Source: Deinococcus radiodurans R1 = ATCC 13939 = DSM 20539
Lineage (GTDB): Bacteria; Deinococcota; Deinococci; Deinococcales; Deinococcaceae
Direction of reading: 5' to 3'
Assembly: GCF_000008565.1 (NCBI RefSeq)
Contig: NC_000958.1
Span: 60,001-92,000 of the forward strand
Length of the DNA: 32,000 nucleotides
Shown one piece after another: positions 31,149 through 32,000 of the stretch; the first letter of the stretch is position 1, and each line of letters begins with the position of its first letter. Under the pieces are notes generated by a model. It had not been told where the DNA came from. It saw only the letters and a program-made list of their open reading frames with translations, and searched no databases. The translations under genes and the position numbers were made by a program.

Positions 31149-32000
31149 TCAGAGAGGAGTGACCGTCACCTGCGCCGCGTACCCGGCGAGCTCGTCACGC
31201 GCCGGGAGATGCGCGCCCAGCCGGGTGATGGTGCTCACGCTGAAACTTGTGGCGCGGCGGGCGGCGTCTGGGAGGGGCAGACTGTCGAGATGGGCGGAGA
31301 CGAGGCCCGCCACCATCGCGTCCCCAGCGCCCACCGTGGAGACGACCTGAACGTGGGGCGGCTTTGCCTGCACGGTGGCGCCCGGAGTCACGAGCAGCGC
31401 GCCGTCTTCTCCCTGCGAAATGGCGACCAACTCGGCGCCCCGACCCAACAGGTCACGGGCAGCGGCGAGCAGCTCGGCCTGCGTGCCCAGCTCGCGGCCC
31501 AGCGCGGCGGACAGTTCGTGGGTGTTCGGCTTGACGAGGTGGGGCAGCACGTTGGCGGTCAGGGCGGCGGTGAGGGCCGCGCCGCTGGTGTCGAGCGCGA
31601 CGAATTTGCCCGCGCCGCGCAGCTTCGCCACCAGCTCGGTGTAAAAGTCCGGCGCAATGCCCGGCGGCAGGCTGCCCGCCAGGACGAAGGCGTCGTGGGA
31701 TTCGCACAGGGCGTCCAGTTGGGCGTGCAACTCGCGCAGGTGCTCGGGCGTCGCCCGCAGGCCCGGCAGGTTGATGTCGGTGGTCTGCTGCGCGGCGTGG
31801 TCCACGATTTTGACACCCACGCGCGTTTGCCCCGGCACCCGCACGAAGGCGTCGGTGATGGCCTTGGTCCGGAAAAGGGCATCGAACACTTCGGCGTTGT
31901 CCTCGCCGAGCAGCCCGCTCGCGGTCACGGGCAGGCCCCAGTCGGCCAGGAAGGACGCGACGTTCACGCCCTTGCCGCCCGCCGTGAGGTGCAGCGTCTG
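31149..32000 (-). CDS. fruK: 1-phosphofructokinase (PfkB family), 5' end outside the window
   Basis: The frame stays open to the window edge (...QTLHLTAGGKGVNVASFLADWG...). It has the N-terminal GGKG-x-N-V-A motif and the C-terminal ATP-site motif STVGAGDAMVAGLV. It lies directly upstream of fruA. Confidence 0.9.
   Translation of the reverse strand, partial: QTLHLTAGGKGVNVASFLADWGLPVTASGLLGEDNAEVFDALFRTKAITDAFVRVPGQTRVGVKIVDHAAQQTTDINLPGLRATPEHLRELHAQLDALCESHDAFVLAGSLPPGIAPDFYTELVAKLRGAGKFVALDTSGAALTAALTANVLPHLVKPNTHELSAALGRELGTQAELLAAARDLLGRGAELVAISQGEDGALLVTPGATVQAKPPHVQVVSTVGAGDAMVAGLVSAHLDSLPLPDAARRATSFSVSTITRLGAHLPARDELAGYAAQVTVTPL

Overview
High-GC bacterial chromosomal segment with a Deinococcus-like character, judged from GC-rich codon usage, gene content, lipoprotein-rich exoproteins and a -10 box abutting a start codon. 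The organism cannot be proven from this window.

Two core sugar operons bracket a roughly 26-kb accessory region. On the left is dhaM-dhaL-dhaK (PTS-dependent dihydroxyacetone kinase, minus strand, 425-2414). On the right are fruA and fruK (fructose PTS IIB'BC and 1-phosphofructokinase, minus strand, 29214-32000).

The accessory region contains four parts:
1. A small secreted hypothetical protein.
2. A nest of insertion sequences (3834-8943). It comprises three copies or fragments of one IS4-family element, a second IS4-family element, and an IS630-family element inserted inside the second.
3. An archaic (Csu / spore-coat-U type) chaperone-usher pilus operon (9058-13336).
4. An approximately 11.5-kb locus (17182-28734) that I consider the most interesting part.

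The locus encodes lasso-peptide-type leader-processing machinery. This is a PqqD-like B1/RRE protein, a B2 cysteine-protease domain fused to an NTP_transf_5 nucleotidyltransferase, and an HPr-kinase-like kinase. It also holds two paralogous small precursor-like peptides of 54 and 61 aa. One falls below the ORF-track cutoff and the other is hidden inside a longer spurious ORF.

The conserved segment of both peptides fits the canonical lasso leader motif Y-x2-P-x-[LIV]-x3-G-x5-T-x exactly. However, no Asn-synthetase-like lasso cyclase is present in the window. The predicted cores ([IL]YSLPIGPGG...) also lack both the Gly/Ala/Ser/Cys at position 1 and the Asp/Glu at positions 7-9 that lasso formation needs.

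Each peptide gene sits immediately upstream of a large lipoprotein: an ExeM/NucH-type nuclease and an 886-aa multi-domain protein. Both share a roughly 200-aa N-terminal domain with a third large lipoprotein that lies directly downstream of the B2 fusion gene.

A lower-GC block (about 21500-27680) carries the second peptide, the 886-aa protein and an S8 subtilase. Its edges fall inside two genes: the nuclease C-terminal lamin-tail domain and the 3' end of the kinase gene.

All family assignments come from motif recognition by eye. No database search was possible.
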